DNA of 64,000 nt from Felis catus (lineage: Eukaryota), in NCBI RefSeq assembly GCF_018350175.1, contig NC_058368.1:92010001-92074000 (forward strand). Reading direction: 5' to 3'. A program made the translations under genes and the position numbers. This document shows positions 28,987-42,300 of this stretch, piece after piece (the first letter of the stretch is position 1; each line of letters opens with the position of its first letter). The notes under the pieces are model-generated. The model did not search any database. It was not told the origin of the DNA and was given only the letters and a program-made list of their open reading frames with translations.

Positions 28987-29611
28987 AAAAATAAACATGA
29001 AAAAAAATTTTTTTTAATTTTTTTTAACGTTTATTTATTTTTGAGACAGAGAGAGACAGAGCACGGCCGCTTAACTGACTGAGCCACCCAGGCACCCCAA
29101 AAAAATTTTTTTAAAAAGTAAAAAAAAATAGGGGTGCCTGGGTGGCTCAGTCAGTTGGGCATCCGACTTTGGCTCAGGTCATGATCTCACACTCCGTGAG
29201 TTCGAGCCCCACATCGGGCTCTGTGCTGACAGCTCAGAGCCTGGAGCCTGCTTCAGATTCTGTGTCTCCCTCTCTCTGACCCTCCCTCATTCATGCTCTG
29301 TCTTTCTCTGTCTCAAAAATAAATAAACATTAAAAAAATTTTTTTTAATTAAAAATAAATAAATAAAACCACTGACTTCTGTCAAACACTGTGGCCTGAG
29401 ACCGAGCATCCGAGTATGGGAGACAATCATCCACAATTCCACAGGCAGAGAGAAAAACCACTGGCTCAGTTGTGCTCATGTGACATTCGGCATCACGTAC
29501 GACTCATATTGCAAAACACTGCTTGTTTATTAAGTTAAAATGTATTAGAAATGTTTGCTAGTCTTGCTGAACACTCACAGAACAAGTTACTCACCATCCA
29601 AGGTTTTACCA
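27979..29611 (-). mobile_element. Tigger/pogo-type (TcMar) internally deleted DNA transposon, interrupted by a three-SINE cluster (~28752-29364)
   Basis: TA-flanked inverted termini (ta)cagcaaaaccttgg ... ccaaggttttacca(ta); minus-strand transposase HTH remnant GMRVAEIARFYKKPTSTICTILKEKEEIR. Confidence 0.8.
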
Positions 29612-32600
29612 TATGAATGAACAGGGTATTTGATACATTTCAACATATATTTTTATTTAAGCCATTCTTGACAAAATAGAATAAGATAAACGCTTTTAAA
29701 AAACAACTGAAATGTCGTCTTCCTGAAGCCTTCTTACTTTGATTAAAGTAAGAAACAATACCTTCTTACATTTATTCTTTAACTTTTCTGGAGGAACAAC
29801 TAACACAATTGGACAAGAGAAAGAGATTCGAGGTGTAAAAGAGGAAAAGAGTAGGTAAAATCATCACCATTTGCAGATCACATGATTATATACTTGGAAG
29901 CCCCAAAGAGGATTAGCCAAAACGTTATTCTAAATAAACAATAAGAGAATTCAGCAAGGTGGCTTTTACGTATGCCAACAATAATCAGAAAATAAAGGAA
30001 GAAAGGACATAAAACTCCTAGGAATACACTTAATACTCAAGATAAAGATGAAGCAAATAGTAAACGCTGAGCACACAAAACATGTGAGGAAATGGAAAGG
30101 CCTCTTGTGTTCCTGAATAAGAAGATTCAAGATCACGAAGATGTCCAACCTCCCCTAGACATCTGATAAACTAATTTAAGGCTATCTATCCTAATGGAAA
30201 CACCAACAATTTCATAAGAACAGTCTCCTATTGAAAAAAGCAAGATGCGGGTGCCTGGGTGGCTCAGTCAATTAAGGGTCCAACTCTTAGTTTCCACTCA
30301 GGTCATGATCTCATGGTTTGTGAGTTCGAGGCCTGCATCAGACTCTATGCTGACAGTGCAGAGCCTGCTTAGGATTCTCTTTTTCCCCCTCTCTCTCTGC
30401 TCCTCCCCTGCTCGCGTGGGCTCTCTCTCTCTCAGAATAAATAAACTTAAAAAAAAAAGGAAAGAAATACTTTCTAATACTTTCCTGATCCTCTCAACAA
30501 TCTGACAGGGTCTTTTTCTCTGCCAGCCTCTCCTGCCCTCCACCGGTTTTTAATTCAGTGAATGTATCCAGAAACCTGACAGGTTCATTTTCTTTTTTCC
30601 TTTATGTTTATTTATTTTTGAGAGAGAGAGCGCGCGCGCGCGCGCGCATGCATGAGTGGGGGAGGGGCAGAGAGAGAGGGAGACAGAATCCAAGCAGGCT
30701 CCAGGCTCTGAGCTGTCAGCACCCGAGCTGAAGTCCGATGCTCAACCCAGTGAGCCACCCAGGCGCCCCACGTGTTTGTTTTCTACCTCGTGCCTGAAAA
30801 CAGCATCCATTTCTTCTCTCACGTGTCAGAAGTGTCACAGGATGGCGCAGTGGGCTTCTCTGCTCAGTGCTTTACAGGAGGCTGAGTCAAAGTCTCTACC
30901 CGCTGTGATCTCACCTGGCGCTCAGGGCGGGTGGTCCTCTTCCAAGGTCATTCCGGTTGTTGGCTGGACTCAGTTCCTGCAGGGAACTTGCAGGACTGGG
31001 GTCCCCCCTTCCTGTCAGCCGAGGTCGCTTCAGTCTCTCTGCAGCTGCTGTTCAGTCCTTGCACAAGGCTCCCATCTTCACAGCCAGTTTCTAATCTCCC
31101 CGATGGCCCAGCTGCCACCAGCCAGGGAAGTGCTCTGCCTTCAGGGACTCATCAGTTATATGCTGGGCCAGCCTGGATAATCCAGGGCAGTCGGTGGTGC
31201 CAACTCACAGACTCACAGGAGTGACAGCCTGGTGGACCCACAGATTCTGGGAATTAGGGCAGGACCTCTCTGGGGGCCCAGTTTAGAAATTCTGCCTACC
31301 CCACCTGTCCTCTTCCCCACCTGCACCCCCCAGTCTCAAAGTCCTGCTTACCTCCTACATATTGTTCATACCCATTCCCTGAGCTCCGACCTCTTGGCCA
31401 CCACCATCCTGGGCTCCTCTCACGGGTCAACTGGGCCGCTGAAGTGGGTCTCATGCTGCCCTCATCTTTCTTTCCCCTTCCCCAGGCTCCACTGCCCACT
31501 CCCCTCTTTTCCCACGGTAGCCAAATGATCTTACAAATGCACAAAGCTAACTGGCCTACTCCCCAATTTATTTATTTCTTTTTTAAAAAATTAATGTTTA
31601 TTTATTTTTGAGAGAGAGAGAGAATAAGCAGGGGAGGGGCAGAGAGAGAGGGGGACAGAGGATCTGAAGCAGGCTCCATGCTGACAGCAGAGAGCCTGAT
31701 GCAGGGCTCAAAATCACGAACTGTGAGAGTGAGATTACGACCTGAGCCAAAGTCAGCCGCTTAACCGACTGAGCCACCCAGGTCCCCCTTATTTTATTTC
31801 TTTTTTCTTTTCTTTCTTTAAAAAGTTTATTTATTTGTTTGTTTCTAAGCATTTTTGTGGGTTTTTTTGTAATCTCTACACCCTGCACGGGGCTCAAACT
31901 CACAACCCTGGGATCAAGAGTCGCATGCTCTTCCCACTCAGCCAGCCGGGCACACTTACTCCGCAATTTAAACTCCTGCAGTGCCCCCCCAGTAAGCTCA
32001 AGACCTAAACAAAACTCCACAAAGTTCATTCGCTCCAATGTTTTCTGGGCATTGACTCCTTGGGAGGTATGGAGATCCACTGACAGTCTCTGCCCTTCTG
32101 GGGTTTTCTGTGTTGTAGCCCAGTAGATCCCCAACAATGAGCATGGCCGCCATGAGCACTGAGGGTGGCCGACCTGGTGGGTCCTGCCACCTAGTGTCCT
32201 CAACCCTGCCCTCGCCCTCTGCTCCAGGCATGGCCAGCGCCCATCCCCCCACCAATCCAGCGACTCTCAGCAGGAAGCAGGTTCTCCCAGGTTCCAGCTC
32301 CATCTTCTCCTGGCTGACCAGAACCTCTGGAGGAGAGAAAGACTTTCTCCCTGTAGTTCACCATCGCTCCCTCCAATGCCTAGCACAGAATTTGGCACAT
32401 TCCAGGTGCTCAGTACGTCTTTTGGAATGAATGGGAAGTCCAGTACAGCGACCCCAAACCTCACGTTCCCTCTACTCTTGATGGTTTGTCAACTGTGCTG
32501 ACACTGCCGGCTGCAAAAACTCCGGCTGCTCAGACTTCTAGCCCATGGGTGCCCACACTGGTGCCCTCTGCCCTGGCCTTAGCTGTACACTGCAGCTGGA

Positions 32601-32787
32601 GCCCAGGATGGGACTGCTTGGGGATGAGCTATTTAAGGAACATGGCACGAGGTCTGGCAGGCATGCCAATGTTGACTCCAGGAGGCCGTGGAAAAGGAGC
32701 ACAGGAACAGAATATGTGCCCACGGAGCTTGCGGATCCTATGAAACAGTGGGAGGCAGCACAGTGCCATGCAAAGGGGGCAGCTTTG

Positions 32788-32788
<1 letters not shown>

Positions 32789-32821
<33 letters not shown>
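32789..32821. repeat. (CA)n microsatellite
   Basis: Direct reading. Confidence 0.95.
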
Positions 32822-32822
<1 letters not shown>

Positions 32823-33877
32823 GCTTAACACCCCATCAAGCTTTACCAAAACAGGAGGGTAAAAGAGAAAAGAGAGAAGATGAGAAATTTTGAGAGCATA
32901 CAAAGCCAAGGGCAGAGGGTAACAGATGAAGCACGTGGTGAGAAATGCAGCCAGGCAGAGGCCGAGGGGGACCACAGAGGACAGCAGCCCTGCATGACAC
33001 CCACAGGCACCAGGAGGGTGGAAGTGAGAGTCAGAACTGAAACAGGACGACACCCCCTCCCCCCAACCCACCTCTTCCTCCAAGCAGCTTCAGACCAAAA
33101 TACCCATCTGGGAAAAGCACACCTTTTTTTTTTCTTAAAGATTTATTTATTTTTGAGAGACAGAGAGAGCGCATGTGAGGAAACAGCAGAGAGAGAGGGG
33201 GGACAGAAGATCCGAAGTGGGCTCTGTGCTGACAACAGCAAGCCGGATGTGGAGCTCGAACTCAACAACCATGAGATTTCGGCCTGAGCTGAAGTTGGAT
33301 GCTCAACCGGCTGAGCCACCCAGGCGCCCCAAGAGAAAAGCACACTTCAGACTCTTGTTGGTGGCCCGGAATAGAACCTGCTTCAGGCTCTGATTAGGGC
33401 TCAGGGGCTGAGGGTGGACTCAGCAGCCACCCCTTCCCCACCACCAGTGAGAGCCACGGCCCACAGCCCAGGGCTGCCCACCCCTGCACAAGCACCCAAC
33501 CAGAACGCATAGGGGCTTATGGAATTGCCTCGGCTTCCCATCTGTGAAATGTCTGGATTAGGTGGTCCCCAGGGTCCCTTTGGTTTCCAAAAGTCCAGAT
33601 CTCCCTTCTAATTATATCCCCGCCAGAAATCAGAGCCACATGCCACTGCCTGCCCCAGGTCACTGGCTGCGAAAGTGGGAGAGTCAGTGCTGAAGCCCTA
33701 TGTCAGAAGCTGCCTAGTGACTCGAGCCTCTCCAGGCCCAGCCCTCCAGTCCCATCACTACCTCAACCCAGCCAGATGGCCCATGGGGCTGGGGGCTGGG
33801 GGCTACCTCAACCTCACCTGATCCTCGGCTGTACATGGACCTCCAGCGCATGCCCCGCTATGGCATAAGCCCCCAGT

Positions 33878-34575
33878 GCTGGGCTCAGTTGTGTCCCCGA
33901 AAAGATCTATTCAAGTCTTAACCCCTGGTACTTGTACACATGATCTCATTTAGAAATAGGGTCTTTGCAGATGCAATCAAGGTAAGATGAGATCATTAGT
34001 GGGTCCTGATCCAATGACCGGTGCCTTTCTCAGAAGAGGAAAATATTGGGGCACTGGCGTGGCTCAGTCAGTTCAGCACCAACTTCAGCTCGGGTCATGA
34101 TCTCAAGGTTTGTGGGTTCGAGCCCCGCGTCGGGCTCTGTGCTGACAGCTCAGAGCCTGGAACCTGCTTCGGATTCTGTGTCTCCCTCTCTCTCTGCCCC
34201 TCCCCCACTCCCACTCTGTCTAGGTCTCTCTCTCTCTCTCTCTCAAAAATAAAACGAACATAAAATTTTTTTAAAAAAGAAGAGGAAAATATCATGTCAA
34301 GACAGGTGCACAGAAAGAAAGGCATGTGAGGATGGAGGGAGAGATGGGAGTGATGTGCCTATAAGCCAAGGAACACCAGGGACAAGGGGCCATTCCAGAA
34401 GTTAGGAGAAAAGCATGGAATAGATGTTCCCCTGGAATCTTCAGAGAAAACATGCCCCTGCTGATACTTTGATTTCAGATTTCTAATCTCTAGAATTGTG
34501 AGACCATAAAGTTGTGCTGTTTTCAGCCACCCAGTTTGTGGTATTTTATTAGGGCAGCCCTAGGAAACTAATACA
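33878..34575 (+). mobile_element. MaLR MLT1 LTR interrupted by a CanSINE (~34047-34265)
   Basis: ttgtgtccccgaaaagat...tagggtctttgcagatg ... gccacccagtttgtggtattttattagggcagccctaggaaactaataca. Confidence 0.8.
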
Positions 34576-34748
34576 CCCAGTCAGTTCCCAGTCTCTGCTG
34601 GTTGAACAAATGAGTACATCCCACTCCCAGCCACTCCCCCCAGCCCCACCCCCTGCTTGCAATCTGTCATCAAGAGAGAAAGGAGAGGGGTACCTGGATG
34701 GCTCAGTCCATTGAGCTTAAGTGTCCAAATCTTGATTTCAGCTCAGGT

Positions 34749-35221
34749 TGTTGCATCCACACGACTCCTGAAACAGAATGCTACGGGCACCAGTGACAGT
34801 CACAACAAAGTTTATTACAATGAGAGGCAAGGCGGACAGATCGGGACCAACACTCTTGGTAAGAGTGCAGCCTCGAACAGCCAGGGTACAGAGTTTTTAT
34901 AGCCGATCACATTGTTTTATCATCACCTGGGAACAGAACAAAGAAACAGTTTCCAGATGAGTTAGAAACAGTTGCCTAATGAGGTGTTTATTTTAGACTT
35001 TCTGCCTCTAAGTTGCAACCAGTGGATCTCCTTGACCCTGCCTCTGATGCTCTTTTCTTTGAACTTTTGTTTCCTTAATTGGTGAAGCCTAATTTACAAG
35101 AGTATAAGGCGTAATTTACAAGAGTAAAGCAAGACTGTTATCTCTTCACCCTCAGTGTCAACACAAAGCTGTGATTTTTCAAGCTAAGCCTTAAGCCCTA
35201 TACTACAATTTAACCCTTACA
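34749..35221 (-). mobile_element. ERV solo LTR (473 bp, ERV1-like) inserted inside a CanSINE
   Basis: TG...CA termini; 4-bp TSD aggt at 34745-34748/35222-35225; minus-strand TATAAAAA (34894-34901) and AATAAA (34811-34816); SINE sequence resumes exactly after it. Confidence 0.85.
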
Positions 35222-37456
35222 AGGTCATGATCCCAGGGTCATGGAATCGAGCCCCATGGCGGGCTCCAAGCTAAGTGTGGAGCTTTCTTAGGATTCTCTC
35301 TCTCTCTCTCTCTCTGCCCCTCTCCCCTGCTCACAAGCTCGCTCTTTCTCTCTCTCTCAAAAAATAAAAAATTTTTAAAAAGAGAGAGAGAAAGAAGCAG
35401 GCCCACCTCTCACATTGGAGAGGTTCAGGGCAAGAGTACAAATGGAGCTCTCGATCCCCCCTCTTCTATTCCTACCCACGCCTCTCTGTTCTGACAGTGA
35501 GGGACCCACTTGCACATGTGTGGACGCCCCAAGCCAAATGTTCACACTCTGTCCACAACCTACTGACCCACACCTTGGCCGCCCTTCAGATCTACAGGGA
35601 TGGCCTTCCCTCTGAAAAGCAGACTGGGGGAGAGGGCTACGCAGGCCCTGCTAATGGACTCCGCACCAACTGAGCATAGAATTCCTGTACCTGGAGGGTT
35701 GGGGGTGGGGAGCTGACCTCCAGGCCTCGGGCTCCCAGATTCTTCACCCCTCACCCGGGCCCTCTAAAGCTCAGGCCCCGGGAGGGAACCTTCATGCCAC
35801 CAGCAAAAGCAGAAGGGCAGCCTGGGGGCTTTCCTGGCAGGATCTCCTTCAATCCTCATCTGATTTGAAAGACCAAAAAAAACCAGGAGCTCCTAAAGTT
35901 AAACAATTTGCCCAGGGGGTAAAAAGCTGATAAAACCTTATGACTGGGATTCAAATCCTGACCTGTTTGACTCTCAGACCCCTCCTCTCTCCAGGTATCC
36001 TGTCTCTCCCTAGGATTGGTTTAAACTAGTAAACTGATCTAAAAAGTGGTTCAAAAACAAAAACAAGCTAACAAACACTGTAGCCATCAAAGCAGTTTAC
36101 TACTGCCCAAATACATATAAGCATCTAGAATATGACAGAGGCATTTTATTTTATTAAGTTTGTTTGTTTGTTTGTTTGTTTATTTATTTATTTGGAGAGA
36201 GAGAGGCAGCACAAGCAGGGGAGGGGCAGAGAGAGAGGGAGGGAAAGAGAATCCTAAGCAGGCTCTGCTCCATGCCAGTGCAGAGCCAGACTTGGGGCTC
36301 GAACCCACAAAACTGTGAGATCATGAACTGAGCCAAAACCAAGAGTCGGATGCTCAACTGACTGAGCCACCTAGGTGCTCCCCAACAGAGGTATTTTATT
36401 TTTTAATGTTTGTTTATTTTTGAGAGAGAGACAGAGTACAAGTGGGGTAGGGGCAGAGAGAGGGAGACACAGAATCTAAAACAGATTCCAGGCTCTGAGC
36501 TGTCAGCACAGAGCCTGACATGGCGCTCGAACTCACAAACCATGAGATCATGACCTGAGCCGGTCAGACACTTAACTAAGCCACTCAAGCACTCCTCAAA
36601 AAATGTTTAAGGTTTATTTATTTTTGGGTATTTTAAGTGAATGCATGGCTCAATAAAGAATTCAATAAATGACAGAAGGACAATGGCTTAGCTAGCTGGA
36701 AGAAAGTCAAGCTGGAGCCCAGCCTTGCTCCTAACACTCACATTAAACCTGATGGATCAAACATTTTCATACAAACTGTGAAACCACAAAAGCACTAGGA
36801 CATTTGCCTTAAAGTACTAAAAGCTCTTCTACAGCAGGAAGAGATCACCGTATAGAAAAACTGGACAAGAATAGAACATAAATGAGCTGTAAAAACATGA
36901 AATATAGAGGCGCCTGGCTGAATCAGTTGGTAGAGTGTGCGACTCTTGATCTCGGGGTTGTGGGTTCAAGCCCCACGTTGGGTGTCTGACATTACCTGAA
37001 AATAAAATCTTTAAAAAAATAATATCTAACTTCCCCAAGAACTAAATCAATGTAAATGAAAACAAGATACCATTTGTCCCTACTGGATCATCACCAACTT
37101 TCTTCCCTCTAAAAAAAAGTTGCTAAAAGGGGCTCCTGGGTGGCTCAGTCAGTTAAGCAGCCAACTTGGGTTCAGGTCATGATCTAGTGGCTTATGAGAT
37201 CAAGTTCCGCATGGGGCTCTGTGCTGACAGCTCAGAATCTGGAGCCTGCTTCAGATTCTGTCTCCCTCTCTCTCTGCCCCTTCCCCGCTCACGCTCTCTT
37301 TCTCAAAAATAAACAAACATAAAAAAAGAAAAAGTCGCTAAAGCCCAGTCTTGGCAAGTGTTGGTGAGACGCTATTCAGAACAATTGTAAATTGTACCTC
37401 TTTTTTTTTTTTTAACTTTTTTTTTTTTAACAGGGCAGGATAAACACCTTTTATTA

Positions 37457-37627
<171 letters not shown>

Positions 37628-37632
37628 TTATT

Positions 37633-37635
<3 letters not shown>

Positions 37636-37687
<52 letters not shown>
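37636..37687. repeat. (GA)n microsatellite in a SINE
   Basis: Direct reading. Confidence 0.95.
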
Positions 37688-37694
<7 letters not shown>

Positions 37695-38298
37695 GGGGAG
37701 GGGCAGAGAGAGGGAGACACAGAATCCAAAGCAGACTCCAGGCTCCGAGCCATCACTCGAATCCACGAACTGCGAGATCATGACCTGAGCCGAAGTCAAA
37801 CGCTCAACCAACTGAGGCACCCAGGTGCCCCAATAAATTGTACCTCTTTAGAGGATCACCTGATAATACTGCAGATATCAAAATTATAAATGTTAGGAAT
37901 TTATCTTGGATAGACTCACAAAAGTAGCAAAGATATAATATTCATTGCAAACTTACTCAAAATAGTAAAAACACTAAAAACAAACTAAAATCCATTAGCA
38001 GGGGCTACTTAAATAAACTATGGAAATCCGCACAATGCAATGTGATGAAGATCTTAGAAGAATAAGATTTATCTCTATGGTAGAAATAGAAACATTTCCC
38101 ATGATATGTTGATAAGGGGAAATAAATTGCCAGAACAGTACATTATATTATTTTTTAAATAGAAGTAATTTTATTATGAAATTTTTAAAAAATTTTCAGA
38201 CTTTATTTTTAAGTAATCTCTACACCCAACATGGGGCTCAAACCCACAACCCCAACATCAAGAGTTTCATGCTCCACAACTGAAATAGCCAGGTACCC

Positions 38299-38300
38299 TT

Positions 38301-38359
<59 letters not shown>

Positions 38360-38362
38360 TTT
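38299..38362. repeat. (TTTA)n microsatellite
   Basis: Direct reading. Confidence 0.95.
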
Positions 38363-38749
38363 CGAAGTAAACTCTATATCCAACACAGGGCTCAAACTCA
38401 CAACCCTTAGATCAAAAGTCCTATGTTCTACTGACTGAGCCAGCCAGGTGCCTCCATTTTCTATTATTTAATGTATGTAAACAAACATAGGTACGCATAT
38501 ATACCCAAAAAACTTAACAATGAATACTTGGGGTGCCTAGGTGGCTCCATCGGTTAAGCTACCCATCTTTGATTTTGGCTCAGGTCATGGTCTCACAGTT
38601 CGTGAATTCGAGCCCCAATTCAGGCTCTGCACTGGTAGTGTGAAGACTGTTTAGGATCCCTCCCTCTCTCACTCTCTCTCTGCCCCTCTCCCACTCCTGC
38701 ATGCGCATACTCTCTCTCTCCAAACAAACAAATTTTAAAAAACAAAAAA

Positions 38750-39378
38750 GAATGTGGGGAAATTGGAACCCTTGTACATTGATGCTAGGAATATAAAATG
38801 GTGCAGCCACTTTGGCAAACAGCTTGACAATTCCCCAAAAAGTTAAACATAGACCCAAGATTTCTAGTTCTAGGTGTACACCCATGAGGACTGAAGACAT
38901 ATGCCTACACGAAAACTTGCACATGATTGTTCATAGTAGCACTATTCACAACAGTCAAAAGGTAGAAAGGATCCAATCATCCACTGGCTGATAAATGGAT
39001 AAAATGCAGAATACAATGGAATGTTAAGTGATAATATTCCTACATGCTGATACCTGCTACAACATGGATAAACCTAGAAAACATTATGCTAAGTGAAAGA
39101 AGCCAGACACAAAAGGTCACATGCTATATGATTCCATTTTGATGGAATGTCCAGAACAGGGAAATCTATAGGAACAGAAAGTAAATTAGGGGTTGCTTAG
39201 GGCTGGAGAGAATGAGGGGGTCAGAGGGTACAGGGGTTTTTATTGAGGGGATGTAAATGTCTTCAAACTGATTGTGGTGATATCTGTACAACTCACTAAA
39301 ATATACTAAAATCGCTGATTTGTACACTTTAAATGGGCAAACTATATGGTACATAAATTTTATCACAATTAAAAAAAA
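38750..39378 (+). mobile_element. L1M (L1MB-like) 3' fragment
   Basis: ggaacccttgtacattgatg...aaaatggtgcagccactttgg...aaacattatgctaagtgaaagaagccagacacaaaagg...cactttaaatggg. Confidence 0.8.
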
Positions 39379-42300
39379 TCATCCTCCCCATCTTTTCAAA
39401 AGATGGGACCTTAGACCATCTGGGTCCAACTTTCTCACTTTACAGACAAGGTGCTAAAGCCTCAAGAGAGGTTAAATGAATCGCCCAAGGTCACTTGTCC
39501 TTCAGACCCCTGGTCTAATGCCCATTTACACTATTATGGTCTCATCCAGTCTATACTGCTTCAAGTGAGCTCAAATAGCCATTAGAACAAAATCAGTAAA
39601 GTCACACAAGCCACTTCAGATCTGGCACAGAGGTCTGAGCCTGGTTTTAAAAATACATGGTGTAGGGGCACCTGGGTGGCTCAGTTAAGCATCCCACTCT
39701 TGGTCTCAGCTCAGGTCATGGTCTCACGGTTCGTGAGTTCAAGCCCCATATCGGGCTAACACTGCCAGCGCAGAGCCTGCTTGTGATTCTCTCTCTCTCT
39801 GCCCCTCTCCTGCTCACATGAGCTCATGCATGCTCATGTATACACACATACACTCTCAAAATAAAGAAATTTATATAAAAATGAAAAATAAATAAATAAA
39901 AATACATGACGTAGTTGTATGACAGAGGATGTATCACAGAGTCCAAGCAGAGTGTGGGCTTCCAGACAAGTGGACCTGGATTGAAATCCAGCTTTGTATG
40001 AGCTCGACCGAGCTATTTACCCTGCAAGCCTCCATAAATTGTGCATAATAAAGGCATTCTTTGTGAGCAAGGGAGGAAATACTCCACGTAGTGTGCTGGG
40101 CACATAAATGTTCACTTCCTTCCTCCTGCCATATGATCGTGGAGAGGCCTTCACAACTGAGACCTTGGTAAGGTCAGTTAGGCACATTTACTCAGATTGG
40201 GTTTCCCGGGGATGCAATTCTCTGCTGGACAGAGTTCATCCTGCCGCATGCACACATCTAGCAGTGCCTCTTCCCCTCGTGACTCTGACACATTGTCATC
40301 AGTCCAACAAGGCTGAAAACATTCACAGGAACACCACTCAGAAGCCGGAATAGAAAAGCACCCTTCAGGGGCGCCTGGGTGGCTCAGTTGGTGGCTCAGT
40401 TGGTTAAGCATCCAACTTCAGTTCAGAGCATGATCTCACGGTTGATGAGTTCAAGCCCCACATTGAGCTCTCTGCTGTCAGCACAGAGCCCACTTCGGAT
40501 CAGACCCTCTGTCCCCTTCTCTCTCTGCCCCTTCCCTGCTTGCCCGTGTGCCCTCTGCTTTCTCTCTCTCAAAAATAAATATTAAAAAAAAGAAAAGAAA
40601 AGAAAAGCACCCTTTAGAGCCCTGCCAGTTATGTGTTCAGGAAGCCCACAGCGGGGCTCTCACAGTTTTAGGACGCACTTCCCTGGGACCGCCAAAACTG
40701 CTACTACAGGACCTATGGGGGGGGGGGGCTACGGGAGTCTAAGGGGGTATAGAGAGGTGTAGGGAGGTGTAAGGGAGTGTGGGGAGTGGTGGGAAATGGT
40801 ACAGCAAAGTCCTAGGCAGGAAAGTAACTACCAGTGTCAAAGCTCTGGAAGGGGTTATCTTTTCTTGAGAATTCCAACATGAAAACATCTTCTTGTTATG
40901 TTGTGCATACAAATTTTGTATACTTTCATGTTATTTTTTATTGCTTATATAATGTATTTTCATTGTTCAGTTGATAGACATTTCTATTTGTGAAAACTAT
41001 TTGGGGTCTAAGCGTAGGATGGATTGCATCCTAATTTTTCTTATCTAAATGCTAAATGCTAAATGAAGGGGCACCTGGGTGGCTCAGTTGTTAAGCTCAG
41101 GTCATGATCTGGTGGTGGTTCGAGGGTTTGGGCCCCATGTTGGGCTCACCGCTGCCAGCTCAGTGCCGCTCTGTCCCCCCCCCCCCCCCCCCCCGCCCCT
41201 TGCACTCTCTCTCTCTCTCACTCTCTCTCTCAAAAATAAATACGCATTAACAAAAAATAATAATAAAATTAAATAAAATTTAAAAATCTAAAAAAAAAGC
41301 TAAATGTAAACAACCGACTTGTTTTTTATTGAATGACTTTGCACTTGGTCACAGGATTAAAAGTTCAATTTTTAAATTGGCTTAACTAAGCAGCGCTCCC
41401 ACGGCCACCTGTATTCCGTTTTTGTTTTTGTTTTTTTCCCACCTGCATACTTTTAAGTTCCAACTACTGGGGCACCTGGCTGGCTGAGTCGGAAGAACGT
41501 GCGACTCTTGATCTCAGGGTTCTGAGTTCGAGCCCCATTTTCGATGTAGAGATTAACACCCCCCCCCAAATTAAATAAACTTTAAAAAAAAAAAAAAGTT
41601 CCACTTACTGGCCTATTCCGCCACCACAAAAATGTCAGGCCTACCATCGTAGGATTCAAGGCAAGTAATTTGTAGCAATGATCTAATTCATATCCATCCA
41701 GTGTTCCGGGACACGGTGGAAGATATTAGAGATAAAAGATCCACCCTAGTCTGGGCCAGCTCGCCGCCCCAGCGTCACCGTCCACCAAAGCTCTAGACAT
41801 CTGCAGCGCGGGCGCCCACTAGGAGACCTCCCCCACCGCGCCCCGAAGGCTCAGCCCCAGGGTTCCCGGGGACGCTCACGTTCTCCTCTCCCTCTCCACT
41901 CGGGCATCTCCGCGAGGCCGGGGGATTGTGCGGCACGCCTGGCAGCAGTAGGAACTGAGAGGAAAACAAAGGGGTCGGGGGCGCCGGTGGGAGTGGGTGG
42001 GGACTGCAGTTTTAGATGGGGTGGCAGGGGGGGTGGCAGGGGAACCTCTCCCGTGGGTAACATTTGAGCAGATCCCTGCGGGAAGACAGGCGCTCAGTGT
42101 GAGTGGGGCCACAAAGAGTGTGAGAAACTGTGTGAGAACGGAAGAGGCCCTTGGCAGCGTGAAGCTTTACCTCAACCTCGGCACCGGCGGCACTTCGCCC
42201 AGGACCATCTGACGATCAGATTCTACCGCGGTTTGGATTCACCATTCTTCCGCTCGGCCGCAGACCCCGCCCCTCAAGGAAGGGTCCAGTCCTGAGACCT

